DNA of 61,253 nucleotides, taken from an uncultured Verrucomicrobiota bacterium (GTDB taxonomy: Bacteria; Verrucomicrobiota; CALLYA01; CAYNBQ01). Positions within the stretch are counted from its first letter, which is position 1; every line of letters begins with the position of its first letter. Of the stretch, positions 28,016-39,004 are shown one piece after another. The stretch covers positions 1 to 61,253 of the forward strand of contig CAYNBQ010000008.1 of NCBI GenBank assembly GCA_964395275.1, given 5' to 3'. The position numbers were made by a program, and so were the translations under genes. The notes below the pieces were generated by a model that had not been told where the DNA came from, made no database searches, and saw only the letters and a list, made by a program, of their open reading frames with translations.

Positions 28016-29062
28016 CTACGGCGAAAGGGCGCTGGTGCGGTAGGTGGCCCGCTCGACGCGGCTGAACCCCTCGCGCCGGTTCAGGATGCCGAGAATGAAA
28101 CCGGGGGTCTTCTGGCTGCGGAGGTCCATTCTCCGGTTGTATTCTACGGCGATCTCGCGGTAGTGCATCGGGCGTCCCGCGTCGCGCAGGATCGAGGCGA
28201 TGATCCAGTGGGCGCTCTGGGCGGGGATGAAGAAACGGCCGTCGAGGGTACCGCTGATCTCCCGGTGGCCGCGCAGGATGCAGCCGACGAGCTTGAGCCG
28301 GTCCACGGAATCGGGAAGTCCCGCCAGGGAAGGTTCGAGTCGATCGAGGATTTCCTCGACGCGGCGCGGCGGCATCGGCTTCTGCAGCTCGCACAGCACG
28401 GCGTCTTCGACGGCGGCGAGTTCGGATTCCGGCAGGGAGCAGGCGTAGGTCTCCCGGCAGGAGATCCGGCCCGTCCACGGCACGAAGAGCCGCAGGACCG
28501 ACATCGGACGGTATCCGGCCGTTTCCTCCGCCCGGTGCAGCTGTTCGATCTCCACGCTGTCGCAGATCCCCCCGCGGGCGTCGAGCCATCCGGCGAAGAA
28601 GGCCGCGAACTCGCGGGCGAAGGCCATGCAGATCTCGCTGCGCATCCGTTCCCAGGCGGCTTCCTCGATCTGGCGGATCCGCTCCCGGGTGCGGCCGATC
28701 AGCTCGCCGATGGCCTGCAGGGTCATCGGTTCGCCCCGTTCGGCGAGGGGAAGCGCGTAGCGGTGTTCGATGACGAAGAGCATCGACGGATCGAGGAAAC
28801 GGCGGAGCAGGTCGCGCACGGAGCGGATCGTCATCCGTCCCCGCTGGATCCGGGCCGTCATCTCGAAGAACTCCCGGATCTTGCGGAGCGACGTCCGCCC
28901 GAGGCTGCGCAGGGCGAGCAGCTCCTGGTCGGACATCCGGCGCAATTCGCCGATGGTGTGGACGTGGACCCGGGCCAGGCCGTTGCAGGCGCGATGCGGC
29001 AGTCCGGCCCGATCGACGGCCCAGGAATCAATCGTTTGACGTGAGAGGTGAGGCGTCGCCAT
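28016..29062 (-). CDS. alpha-CTD-like + sigma70 region 4 + HARE/delta-like wHTH protein (348 aa)
   Basis: LPHRACNGL...TIGEL...ELLALRSLGRTSLRKI (alpha-CTD); TLQAIGELIGRTRERIRQIE (sigma r4.2); ILRDAGRPMHYREI...FSRVERATY (wHTH); ATG with AGGAG upstream. Confidence 0.8.
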   Translation of the reverse strand: MATPHLSRQTIDSWAVDRAGLPHRACNGLARVHVHTIGELRRMSDQELLALRSLGRTSLRKIREFFEMTARIQRGRMTIRSVRDLLRRFLDPSMLFVIEHRYALPLAERGEPMTLQAIGELIGRTRERIRQIEEAAWERMRSEICMAFAREFAAFFAGWLDARGGICDSVEIEQLHRAEETAGYRPMSVLRLFVPWTGRISCRETYACSLPESELAAVEDAVLCELQKPMPPRRVEEILDRLEPSLAGLPDSVDRLKLVGCILRGHREISGTLDGRFFIPAQSAHWIIASILRDAGRPMHYREIAVEYNRRMDLRSQKTPGFILGILNRREGFSRVERATYRTSALSP

Positions 29063-29202
29063 CTTCGGAAGGCTCCTCTCCGGCCGGATCCCGGCCTTTC
29101 GACTCTCTTCGAACATGGCATGGTGCCGGATCCGGCGATGCGGTGTCAAGGGTTTTGACGCGATTCCCGCGGATTTTCCTCCCGGCCGCGGCGGGCGGCG
29201 GG

Positions 29203-29231
29203 TTGACCGCCGGGAACCGGACTTCTATAAT
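29203..29231 (+). promoter_or_regulatory. near-consensus sigma70 promoter of the gap operon
   Basis: TTGACC-17bp-TATAAT. Confidence 0.8.
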
Positions 29232-29309
29232 CGACGACTCACGTCTCCCGCGGGGGCGGATCGGGTCCCCGTCGTTCCGGATTGCGTGCGCAACCCATCT
29301 GTCTGTTGA

Positions 29310-30332
<1,023 letters not shown>

Positions 30333-30343
30333 GCGACGGACTC

Positions 30344-30370
30344 GGGGGGCCGTCTCCGCGGCGGCCCCCC
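30344..30370 (+). other. GC-rich hairpin between gap and pgk
   Basis: GGGGGGCCGT-loop-GCGGCCCCCC; no U tract, so more likely mRNA-stabilising than a terminator. Confidence 0.45.
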
Positions 30371-30396
30371 CGGGATTCGAACGGCGAAAGGCGACG

Positions 30397-31587
30397 ATGA
30401 AGAAGCTGAGCATTCGACAGATCGATCCGGCGGGCAAACGGGTCCTGGTCCGGGTGGATTTCAACGTTCCGCTGACCGACGACGGGAAGGTGAGCGACGA
30501 CACCCGGATCCGCGCGGCCCTGGACACGATCCGGTACCTGGTGGATGCGGGGGCCCGGGTGATCCTGGCCAGCCACCTCGGCCGGCCCAAGGGCAAGGCC
30601 GACCCGAAATACAGCCTGCGTCCGGTCGCCGAGAGGCTTTCCGAGCTTCTGGGGAAACCCGTGACGATGGCCCCCGATTGCATCGGCCCGGAGGTGGAGG
30701 CCCTCGTCGAGCGGCTCGGGCCGGGCGACGTGTTGTTGCTGGAGAACGTGCGGTTCCATCCGGAAGAGACCGCGAACGACGAGGAGTTCAGCCGCAGGCT
30801 GGCGGCCCTGGCCGATCTCTACGTCAACGACGCCTTCGGAAGCGCCCACCGCGCCCACGCGTCCACCGCGGGCGTGGCGGCGTTCGTCGATCAGGCCGCG
30901 GCCGGGTTCCTCCTGGAGAGGGAACTGGAGTATCTGGGCAAGGCGATCGCGGACCCGAAGCGGCCGTTCTGGGTCCTGCTCGGGGGCGCGAAGGTCTCCG
31001 ACAAGATCGGCGTGATCGAGAATCTCCTGCAGAAGGCCGACGGATTCATCATCGGCGGGGCCATGGCCTACACCTTTCTGAAGGCGCAGGGACATTCGGT
31101 CGGGGACAGCCTGGTCGAAGACGACAAGCTCGACCTCGCCCGGGCGACCCTGGCCAGGGCGAAGGAACGGTCGGTTCCCTTCCTGCTGCCGGAAGATCAC
31201 GTGATCGCCGACGGCCTCGAAGACGACGCCACGGTGAAGACGACCGACGGTCCGGACATCCCGGACGGATGGATCGGGCTGGACATCGGCCCGAAGACGG
31301 CGGCGACCTACGCGGCCCGCGTCGCGGACGCCGCGATGGTCGTCTGGAACGGACCGATGGGCAAGTTCGAGACCGACGCCTACGCCGCCGGGACGGTGGC
31401 CGTGGCCAGGGCCGTGGCGGAATCGGCGGCGGTGTCGATCATCGGCGGGGGGGATTCGGTCAAGGCGATCCACAAGGCGGGACTTGCGGACCGGATCACC
31501 TTCATTTCGACGGGCGGCGGCGCCTCGCTCGAGCTGCTCGAGGGCAAGGAATTGCCCGGGGTGGCCGCGTTGACCGACGCCGGGTGA
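30397..31587 (+). CDS. pgk: phosphoglycerate kinase
   Basis: [35 protein letters not shown]. Confidence 0.99.
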   Translation: MKKLSIRQIDPAGKRVLVRVDFNVPLTDDGKVSDDTRIRAALDTIRYLVDAGARVILASHLGRPKGKADPKYSLRPVAERLSELLGKPVTMAPDCIGPEVEALVERLGPGDVLLLENVRFHPEETANDEEFSRRLAALADLYVNDAFGSAHRAHASTAGVAAFVDQAAAGFLLERELEYLGKAIADPKRPFWVLLGGAKVSDKIGVIENLLQKADGFIIGGAMAYTFLKAQGHSVGDSLVEDDKLDLARATLARAKERSVPFLLPEDHVIADGLEDDATVKTTDGPDIPDGWIGLDIGPKTAATYAARVADAAMVVWNGPMGKFETDAYAAGTVAVARAVAESAAVSIIGGGDSVKAIHKAGLADRITFISTGGGASLELLEGKELPGVAALTDAG

Positions 31588-31621
31588 TTCCGGCGCCGGG
31601 GGCCGGTCCGAAAGGAAGACG

Positions 31622-32380
31622 ATGCAGCGCACCACGATCATTGCGGGCAACTGGAAGATGAACAAGACGCCCGGCGAGGCCGTCGAGCTGGCCGGGGCGC
31701 TGAAGGAACGCCTGGGGACGACGACGGATCCCGAGATCGTCGTCTGCCCGTCGTTCACGGCCCTGGTCCCCGTGGCCGAGGTCCTGGCCGATACGGCGAT
31801 CCGGCTCGGCGCGCAGAACATGCATCCCGCGCCGGAAGGCGCCTACACGGGCGAAACCAGCGCGGGCATGCTCCTGGCGGCCGGATGCCGGGACGTCATT
31901 CTCGGGCATTCGGAGCGGCGGCACGGGTTCGGCGAGGACGACGCGTTCGTCAACGCCAAGACGCTGGCGGCCCTGGAAGCGGGGCTGCGGCCGATCGTCT
32001 GCGTCGGCGAGACCCTGGAGGAACGCGAGAAGGGCGCCACCTTCGACGTGGTCCTCGGGCAGGTCGAGGGCAGCCTGCGGGACGTGCCGCCGGAGCGGGC
32101 CGCGTCGCTCGTGGTCGCCTACGAACCGGTCTGGGCCATCGGCACGGGCCGTACGGCCACTCCCGAACAGGCCCAGGAGGTTCATGCGGCGATCCGGGGA
32201 CGGATCGGAGAGATCTTCGGGGAAGAGGTCGCCGGGGCGATGCGCATCCTTTACGGCGGCAGCGTGAAACCGGAGAATGCGGCGGAACTGCTGGGACAGG
32301 CGGATATCGACGGAGCGCTCGTCGGCGGGGCCAGTCTGAAGGCGGACGCCTTTGCGGCGATCGCCGATGCGGCCCGGTGA
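31622..32380 (+). CDS. tpiA: triosephosphate isomerase
   Basis: AGNWKM, GHSERR, AYEPVWAIGTG, YGGSV, LVGGASL. Confidence 0.99.
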   Translation: MQRTTIIAGNWKMNKTPGEAVELAGALKERLGTTTDPEIVVCPSFTALVPVAEVLADTAIRLGAQNMHPAPEGAYTGETSAGMLLAAGCRDVILGHSERRHGFGEDDAFVNAKTLAALEAGLRPIVCVGETLEEREKGATFDVVLGQVEGSLRDVPPERAASLVVAYEPVWAIGTGRTATPEQAQEVHAAIRGRIGEIFGEEVAGAMRILYGGSVKPENAAELLGQADIDGALVGGASLKADAFAAIADAAR

Positions 32381-32423
32381 AAAGGGAAATCGCGCGGTCC
32401 CGATTTCGTAGGAGAATGGAAAC

Positions 32424-32888
32424 ATGCTGACGGCACTCGTCATCTTTCTGACCGTCGCCCACGTGCTGACCTCCGTACTGCTGATCGTGGTGATCCTGAT
32501 GCAGGCCTCGAAGGAGGCCGGCGGATTCGGGGTCACCTTCGGCGGCGGCGCCACGGAAACGGTCTTCGGATCCCGGGCGGGGAACGTTCTGACCAAGGCG
32601 ACCGTTGTGCTCGCCTCCGTTCTGCTGGTAACCACGCTTTCGCTGGCGAAACTGGCGCCTCTGCGCGCGCACGCGGCCTTCACGGCCCCGGCGCCGGTGA
32701 ACCTGGCGCCGGAGGCCCCGCCGACCGGGGAAGGCGAAGTCCCGCCGCCGGCCGAAGCCGCGCCCGGCACGACGGAAGCGGCCCCGCAGCCCGCTCAGGA
32801 TGCTGCGGCGCCCGCCGAGGCCGCCCCGGCGGAGGTGTCGGTGGACGTGCAATCGCAAGGGGAGCCGGAGACCCCGACCGCGCCGTAA
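32424..32888 (+). CDS. secG: preprotein translocase SecG with Ala/Pro/Glu-rich tail
   Basis: Two TMs around GGFGVTFGGG..VFG; LTKAT; follows tpiA. Confidence 0.9.
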   Translation: MLTALVIFLTVAHVLTSVLLIVVILMQASKEAGGFGVTFGGGATETVFGSRAGNVLTKATVVLASVLLVTTLSLAKLAPLRAHAAFTAPAPVNLAPEAPPTGEGEVPPPAEAAPGTTEAAPQPAQDAAAPAEAAPAEVSVDVQSQGEPETPTAP

Positions 32889-32942
32889 CCGGGTGTGCGT
32901 CCCGACGCTTACGGAATGTCGGGGATCCGAACCGAGATCACG

Positions 32943-34730
32943 ATGCGGACCGCCCGCGGGACCCCGAAGGTTCCGTGGGCGGTCGTCGTTTCTCTCGGTT
33001 GGCTCTGCTGCGGATCGGTCGTGTTCGCGGACGCGCCCCCGTCGACGATCCGCCTGCCCGCGGCCCGCGTGGCGGGCCTGGATCCGGCGCGCGTCAGCGA
33101 TGTGGCCTCGATCTCGGCGTTGAGCCTCGTCTACGAGGCCCCGTACCGGTACGCGTACCTGGCGAGACCCTACCGGCTGGAACCGGCCCTGGCGGCCGAC
33201 CTGCCCCGGGTTTCGGAAGACGGGCTGACCGTCCGGATCCCGATGCGCGCCGGGATCCGGTTCCAGGACGATCCCTGTTTTCCCGGCGGCCGGGGCCGGG
33301 AGGTGGAGGCGTCGGACCTGGTCTGTTCGCTTCTGCGCGTCGCCGATCCCCGGACGCAGTCGCCCGGGACCTGGACGCTGCGGGACCGGATCGTCGGATT
33401 GGAGGAATGGCGCCGGAAGATCCTGGTTCATCCGGAGGAACCGGTTCCGGAGGAGATCGAGGGGTTGCGCGCGGTCGATCGGCGGACCGTGGAGATCCGG
33501 CTCACCGAACCCTATCCGCAGCTCGGCTGGATCCTGGCGATGAACTACGCCTGCATCGTTCCGCGCGAGGCGGTCGAGACCTACGGCGACGACCTGATGA
33601 ACCGGGCCGTCGGCACCGGTCCGTTCCGGCTCGTCGAATGGCGCCGGAACTACCGGATGATCTTTGAACGGAATCCGGACTGGGGCCCGGGCGGACGCGA
33701 GGTGCGCTATCCGTCGGAGGGGGAACCCGGAGACGCCGCCGAAGGTCTTCTCGCGGACGCCGGCCGGCTCCTGCCGCTGAGCGATCGCGTCGTCTTCCAC
33801 GTCGTGGGCGACCCCGCGACCTCCTGGCTGATGTTCCTGGCGGGGGAGCTGGACGCCTCCGGGGTGTCGCGCGACAACTTCGGCGCGGTCCTGACCGAGC
33901 AGCGTTCCCTGACCCCCCGTCTGCAGGCGCGCGGGATCCGCCTGATGCAGAGCCCCCAGATGTCGACCATCTACATCGGGTTCAACATGGACGACCCGGT
34001 GGTCGGGACCAACCGCGCCCTGCGCCGGGCCGTGAGTTGCGCCATCGACATCGACCGCTACATCGCCTTCTACGAGAAGGCCATGATTCCCGCCAACGGC
34101 CCGGTTCCGCCGGGGATCCCGGGATCCCTGGCGGACCGGCCGCGGCGATGGGACTTCGATCTCGACCGGGCGCGCCGTTTCCTGCAGGAGGCGGGCTATC
34201 CGGACGGGATCGATCCCGCCACGGGGAAACGGCTGCGGTTGTCGATCGAGATCGCCGACGCGCCCAGCGCCGAACAACGCCAGTCGGTGGAACTCCTCGC
34301 GGACGACCTGGACCGCATCGGGATCGTCCTGACGGCCAACTACAGCAGCCGTCCCGCCTTCTTCGAGAAACTCCGCCGCAGGCAGTTCCAGCTCTGCCGG
34401 CTTTCCTGGGTGGCGGATTATCCGGACGCCCAGAATTTCCTGCAGTGTTTCTACGGGCCGAACCACAGCCCGGGGCCGAACCGGACGAATTACGAGAACC
34501 CGGAGTTCGACGATCTCTACGACCGGGCGCGCACGATGCCCGACGGCCCCGAGCGCACGGCCCTCTACGAACGGATGGGGGAGATCGTGCTGGACGACTG
34601 TCCCTGGGTCTTCCTCTCGCATCCGCTCGGCTTCAGCCTCTACCAGCCGTGGGTGCGCAACGTGAAGCCCCACGATTTTCTCTACGGCACGCCGATGTTC
34701 TGGCGGATCGACCGGGAGGACGATCGATGA
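32943..34730 (+). CDS. ABC transporter substrate-binding protein, family 5 (OppA/DppA-like)
   Basis: LDP, GTGPF, YIGFNM, LRRA, WVADYPD; signal peptide; start approximate. Confidence 0.9.
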   Translation: MRTARGTPKVPWAVVVSLGWLCCGSVVFADAPPSTIRLPAARVAGLDPARVSDVASISALSLVYEAPYRYAYLARPYRLEPALAADLPRVSEDGLTVRIPMRAGIRFQDDPCFPGGRGREVEASDLVCSLLRVADPRTQSPGTWTLRDRIVGLEEWRRKILVHPEEPVPEEIEGLRAVDRRTVEIRLTEPYPQLGWILAMNYACIVPREAVETYGDDLMNRAVGTGPFRLVEWRRNYRMIFERNPDWGPGGREVRYPSEGEPGDAAEGLLADAGRLLPLSDRVVFHVVGDPATSWLMFLAGELDASGVSRDNFGAVLTEQRSLTPRLQARGIRLMQSPQMSTIYIGFNMDDPVVGTNRALRRAVSCAIDIDRYIAFYEKAMIPANGPVPPGIPGSLADRPRRWDFDLDRARRFLQEAGYPDGIDPATGKRLRLSIEIADAPSAEQRQSVELLADDLDRIGIVLTANYSSRPAFFEKLRRRQFQLCRLSWVADYPDAQNFLQCFYGPNHSPGPNRTNYENPEFDDLYDRARTMPDGPERTALYERMGEIVLDDCPWVFLSHPLGFSLYQPWVRNVKPHDFLYGTPMFWRIDREDDR

Positions 34731-36076
34731 TCCGGTACGCGATCCGCCGGATCTGGCAGGCGGTGCCGACCGTCTTCGGGGTCGCCCTGGTGACGTTCGT
34801 TCTGTTCAACGTCGTCGGCGGCAGTCCCGCGCTGCAGGTTCTCGGGCCGCATGCCTCCGCCGCCTCGATCGAGGAGTTCAACGAGGTGCGCGGGTACAAC
34901 AAGCCGCTCTTCTGGGGGCGCTGGGTGCCGACCGAGGCCCTCCGTCCGGAATCGTTCCGCCGCCGCAGCCCCGGCTGGTTCCGTTCGGAGGACGTCCGTC
35001 ACGATCCCGGCGACGGGGCCCGCGCGCCGGGGTGCCTCGTTCTGCGGGCCGGCGACGCCGGGGTCCGGTACGAGGTTCCGCTGGGGTTCGATCTGCTGCC
35101 GGAGACGACCTATCGATTCCGGTTCTCGGCGCGGACCGAGGGCGGATCTTGGAAACTGGTCGTCGACGAAGGGCCGGAAACGGTCGTCCGCACGATCGAT
35201 TCGCCCGGGTGGACCGCCCGGGAGGTGGTCTTCCGCACGGGCCCGGCGGCGCGGCCGGCCTCGATCCGGTTCGAAGGCCGCGGCGGGGAACTCCGCCTGG
35301 ACGACGTCTCCCTCGACCGGGGCGTGGACCGCCCGTGGGATTCGCAGTTCCTCTTCTACCTGCGGCAGATCGTCACCTTCGATTTCGGCACGTCGCACGA
35401 GACGCACCAGAGCATTTCGCGGCTGGTCGCCGCGGGGATCGGCCCCTCGCTGGCGCTGACGGTGCCGATGTTCGTGATCGGGCTCGTCGTGGCCGTGGCG
35501 GTTTCGCTGGTCTGCGCCTTCCAGCGGGGCCGCTGGCCGGACCGGCTGATCCTGGTCCTGTCGGTCGCCCTGATGAGCGTGAACTACCTCGTCTACATCA
35601 TCGTCGGACAGTACCTGCTGGCCTACCGGATGCGGCTTTTTCCGATCTGGGGTTTCGAGTCCGTGCGGTACCTCTTCCTGCCGGTGTTGATCGGCGTGAT
35701 CAGCGGGCTGGGCGCCAACGTGCGTTTCTACCGCACGGTGATGCTCGACGAGGTCAACCAGGACTACGTCCGCACGGCCCGTGCGAAGGGATGCGGACAG
35801 GGGCGGGTGATGTTCGCGCACGTGTTGCGCAACGCGATGATCCCGATCCTGACCCAGGTGGTCGTGGCCCTGCCGTTCCTCTACACGGGCAGCCTGCTGC
35901 TGGAGAACTTCTTCGGGATCCCCGGGCTGGGGCACATGGCCTACAACGCGATCCAATCGTCGGATTTCGACATCATCAAGGCCTACACCTTCGTCGGAAG
36001 CCTCCTGTTCGTCGCCGCCAATCTCCTGACCGACCTGCTTTACGCGATGGTCGACCCGAGGGTCCGTTTGCGATGA
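34727..36076 (+). CDS. oppB: OppB/DppB-like permease with a large inserted domain
   Basis: MIRYAIRR, FDFGTS, DYVRTARAKG, ENFFGIPGLG, DLLYAMVDPRVR; 449 aa. Confidence 0.88.
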   Translation: MIRYAIRRIWQAVPTVFGVALVTFVLFNVVGGSPALQVLGPHASAASIEEFNEVRGYNKPLFWGRWVPTEALRPESFRRRSPGWFRSEDVRHDPGDGARAPGCLVLRAGDAGVRYEVPLGFDLLPETTYRFRFSARTEGGSWKLVVDEGPETVVRTIDSPGWTAREVVFRTGPAARPASIRFEGRGGELRLDDVSLDRGVDRPWDSQFLFYLRQIVTFDFGTSHETHQSISRLVAAGIGPSLALTVPMFVIGLVVAVAVSLVCAFQRGRWPDRLILVLSVALMSVNYLVYIIVGQYLLAYRMRLFPIWGFESVRYLFLPVLIGVISGLGANVRFYRTVMLDEVNQDYVRTARAKGCGQGRVMFAHVLRNAMIPILTQVVVALPFLYTGSLLLENFFGIPGLGHMAYNAIQSSDFDIIKAYTFVGSLLFVAANLLTDLLYAMVDPRVRLR

Positions 36077-37077
36077 AGACGGCGATCGAACATGCGCCGT
36101 CGGCCCCCGCCGACGGGATCGAGGCCCGGTCGCTCTGGGCGGACGCGCGGCGGCGGTTGCGGCGCAACCGGCTGGCGATGGCCGCGCTCGGGGTGATTGT
36201 TCTGTACACGATGATCGCCGCCGCCGGCGAGGTGCTGTACCTGCGGTACCGGGCCCTGGACCGGACGCCGCCCTACAACGTCACCGATTTCGATCACCGG
36301 TACGAGGCGCCGTCCCCGGCGCATCCCCTGGGGACCGACGGGCTGGGCCGGGACGTCCTGCTGCGGACCCTGCAGGGGGCGCGGATCGCCTTCGTGGTCG
36401 GGTTGGGGACCTCGGCCGTGGCGATCCCGATCGCGGTTCTCCTCGGGGCCTTTTCGGGGTATTTCGGGGGCAGGATCGACGACCTGATCGTCTGGTTGTA
36501 TTCGACGTTCGCATCGATCCCGGGCCTGTTGCTGATTCTCGCCGTCTCGATGGTGTTGCGCCAGTGGATGAGCCGGATGCAGGCCGCGGGCGGGTGGCTC
36601 GGCGGGTTCGTCGGCGGCGTGGACGGGTTCCTCGGGCCGGGGCTGCTGGCGGTCTGCCTGGGCATCGGTCTGACCACCTGGGTGGGGCTCTCGCGGCTGA
36701 TCCGCGCGGAGTTCATCAAGCATCGGGAACGGCCCTACGTGCTGGCCGTGCGGGGGTTGGGCGCGGGCCCGTTCCGGGTGATGTTCGTGCACATCCTGCC
36801 GAACGTCTTTCATCTGGTGGTCATCAACTTCACCCTGCGGTTCGGGGCGGCGATCATGACGGAGGTCATCCTCAGTTTCTTGGGCATCGGGGTGCAGGGC
36901 GAGCCGAGCTGGGGGATCCTCATCTCCAACGCCAAGCTCCGGCTCTGGCAGGGGGTTTGGTGGGAACTGGCGGGACCGTCGGTGGCGATCTTCCTGATCG
37001 TGCTGGCCTTCAACATCTTCGGGGACGCCCTGCGCGACGCGCTGGACCCGAGGCTGCGGGGGGTGTCGGAGCCGTGA
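36073..37077 (+). CDS. oppC: OppC/DppC-like permease
   Basis: [37 protein letters not shown]. Confidence 0.9.
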   Translation: MKTAIEHAPSAPADGIEARSLWADARRRLRRNRLAMAALGVIVLYTMIAAAGEVLYLRYRALDRTPPYNVTDFDHRYEAPSPAHPLGTDGLGRDVLLRTLQGARIAFVVGLGTSAVAIPIAVLLGAFSGYFGGRIDDLIVWLYSTFASIPGLLLILAVSMVLRQWMSRMQAAGGWLGGFVGGVDGFLGPGLLAVCLGIGLTTWVGLSRLIRAEFIKHRERPYVLAVRGLGAGPFRVMFVHILPNVFHLVVINFTLRFGAAIMTEVILSFLGIGVQGEPSWGILISNAKLRLWQGVWWELAGPSVAIFLIVLAFNIFGDALRDALDPRLRGVSEP

Positions 37078-38069
37078 CGAACCCGAAGAACGGGCCCCTG
37101 CTGGAGGTGAGGGATCTGGATCTCTCGTTCGACACGGGGGAGGGCACGACGCGGGTGTTGCGGGGCGTGGGGTTCGAACTGCGCCGCGGCGAGCGGATGG
37201 CGCTGGTCGGCGAGAGCGGCTGCGGCAAGACGGTCACCGCGCTTTCCCTGGCCCGTCTCCTGCCCGAACCGCCCGCCCGATGGATCGGGGGATCGATCCG
37301 GTTCCGCGGGGAAGAGGTCCGGGAGATGTCCCCGCCGGCGTTGCGGCGGCTGCGGGGCGCCGGCATCGCCTACATCTTCCAGGAACCGGCGTCGTCGTTG
37401 AACCCCGTGATGCGGATCGGGGCGCAGATCGTGGAGGCGATCCGGGTGCACCGGCCGGTCTCCCGGTCGGCGGCGCGGGGCGAGGCGGCGGACCTGTTGC
37501 GTTCGGTGGGGATTCCGGACCCGGAACGGAGGATTCGCTCGTGGCCGCACGAGCTCAGCGGGGGGATGCAGCAGCGGGTGATGACGGCGATGGCGCTGGC
37601 GCCCCGGCCGGATCTGCTGGTGGCGGACGAACCGACGACGGCCCTGGACGTGACGATCCAGGCGCAGTTGCTGGATCTGCTGGCGGAACTCTGCGCCCGG
37701 CGCGGGATGTCGTTGCTTCTGATCACGCACAACCTGGGGATCGTGGCGGGGCTGTCGGAGAAGGTCGCCGTGATGTACGCGGGAACGATCGTCGAGGAAG
37801 GCCCGACGCGCCGCGTTCTGGAACGGCCGGCGCACCCCTACACGCGGGCGTTGCTGCGCGCGATTCCGCGGTTGGGCCGCCGGGGCGAACGTCTGGATCC
37901 GATCCCGGGCATGGTGCCGGACCCGGCGCGGATGCCTTCGGGCTGCGCGTTTGCGCCCCGCTGTCCGGCGGCGCGGCAGGAGTGCGGAACGCGGCCGCCG
38001 CCGTGGCTCTTCGTCCGCGAGGAGGAGAAATGGAGAGTTCGATGCCCCTTCTGGAAGTCCGGGCCCTGA
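37074..38069 (+). CDS. oppD: peptide ABC transporter ATPase
   Basis: [37 protein letters not shown]-terminal Cys motif. Confidence 0.92.
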   Translation: MTNPKNGPLLEVRDLDLSFDTGEGTTRVLRGVGFELRRGERMALVGESGCGKTVTALSLARLLPEPPARWIGGSIRFRGEEVREMSPPALRRLRGAGIAYIFQEPASSLNPVMRIGAQIVEAIRVHRPVSRSAARGEAADLLRSVGIPDPERRIRSWPHELSGGMQQRVMTAMALAPRPDLLVADEPTTALDVTIQAQLLDLLAELCARRGMSLLLITHNLGIVAGLSEKVAVMYAGTIVEEGPTRRVLERPAHPYTRALLRAIPRLGRRGERLDPIPGMVPDPARMPSGCAFAPRCPAARQECGTRPPPWLFVREEEKWRVRCPFWKSGP

Positions 38070-39004
38070 ACGTCGTCTTCCGAATCGCCCGGAAGACGGT
38101 CCTGCGGGCGGTGCGCGGCGTCGATCTCTCGATCGGGGCGGCGGAGGTCGTCGGCCTGGTCGGCGAGAGCGGCTGCGGCAAGACGACGCTGGGCCGGGCG
38201 ATCGCCGGGCTGACGCCGATCGCGTCCGGCCGGGTGCGGTTCGAAGGGGCGGACCCGACCCGACTGCGGGGGGCGGCGCGCCGGCGGTTCCGGCGGCGGG
38301 TCCAGATGATCTTCCAGGATCCGTACGGTTCGTTGAATCCGCGGATCTCGGTCGGCCGGGCGATCGAGGAACCGCTGGCGATCCACCGGATCTTTCCGAC
38401 GCGCGCGGAACGCCGGAGGAGGGTGGCGGAGCTGCTCGAGGCGGTCGGCCTGGACGGATCGGCGGCGCCGCGGTTCCCGCACGAGTTCAGCGGCGGCCAG
38501 CGGCAGCGGATCGGGATCGCGCGCGCGCTGGCGGTGGATCCGAGGCTGATCGTGGCGGACGAACCGGTTTCGGCGCTGGACGTCTCGGTGCAGGCCCAGA
38601 TCGTGAATCTGCTGATGGAACTGAAAGAAACGCGCGGTCTGAGCTATCTGTTCATCTCTCACGATCTGGCCGTGGTGGAACATCTCAGCGACCGGATCTT
38701 CGTAATGTACCTGGGACGAATCATGGAAGAGATCCCCGCGGACCATCTCACGACCGGCGCGCTGCATCCCTACACGCGCGCCCTGCTTTCGGCGGTGCCT
38801 TCGCCGGACCCGGCGGACGGTGTGCGTCGGATCGTGCTGGAGGGAGACGTGCCTTCGGCGGTGAACCCGCCCGCGGGGTGTCCGTTTCATCCGCGTTGTC
38901 CGATGGCCGTTGAACGGTGCCGCCGGGAAATCCCGGAGCTGCGCGCGATCGATCGGGGGCACCGGGCGGCCTGTCACTTCGTCGGCGCCGGGGAATCGGA
39001 TTGA
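38030..39004 (+). CDS. oppF: peptide ABC transporter ATPase
   Basis: [45 protein letters not shown]. Confidence 0.92.
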   Translation: MESSMPLLEVRALNVVFRIARKTVLRAVRGVDLSIGAAEVVGLVGESGCGKTTLGRAIAGLTPIASGRVRFEGADPTRLRGAARRRFRRRVQMIFQDPYGSLNPRISVGRAIEEPLAIHRIFPTRAERRRRVAELLEAVGLDGSAAPRFPHEFSGGQRQRIGIARALAVDPRLIVADEPVSALDVSVQAQIVNLLMELKETRGLSYLFISHDLAVVEHLSDRIFVMYLGRIMEEIPADHLTTGALHPYTRALLSAVPSPDPADGVRRIVLEGDVPSAVNPPAGCPFHPRCPMAVERCRREIPELRAIDRGHRAACHFVGAGESD

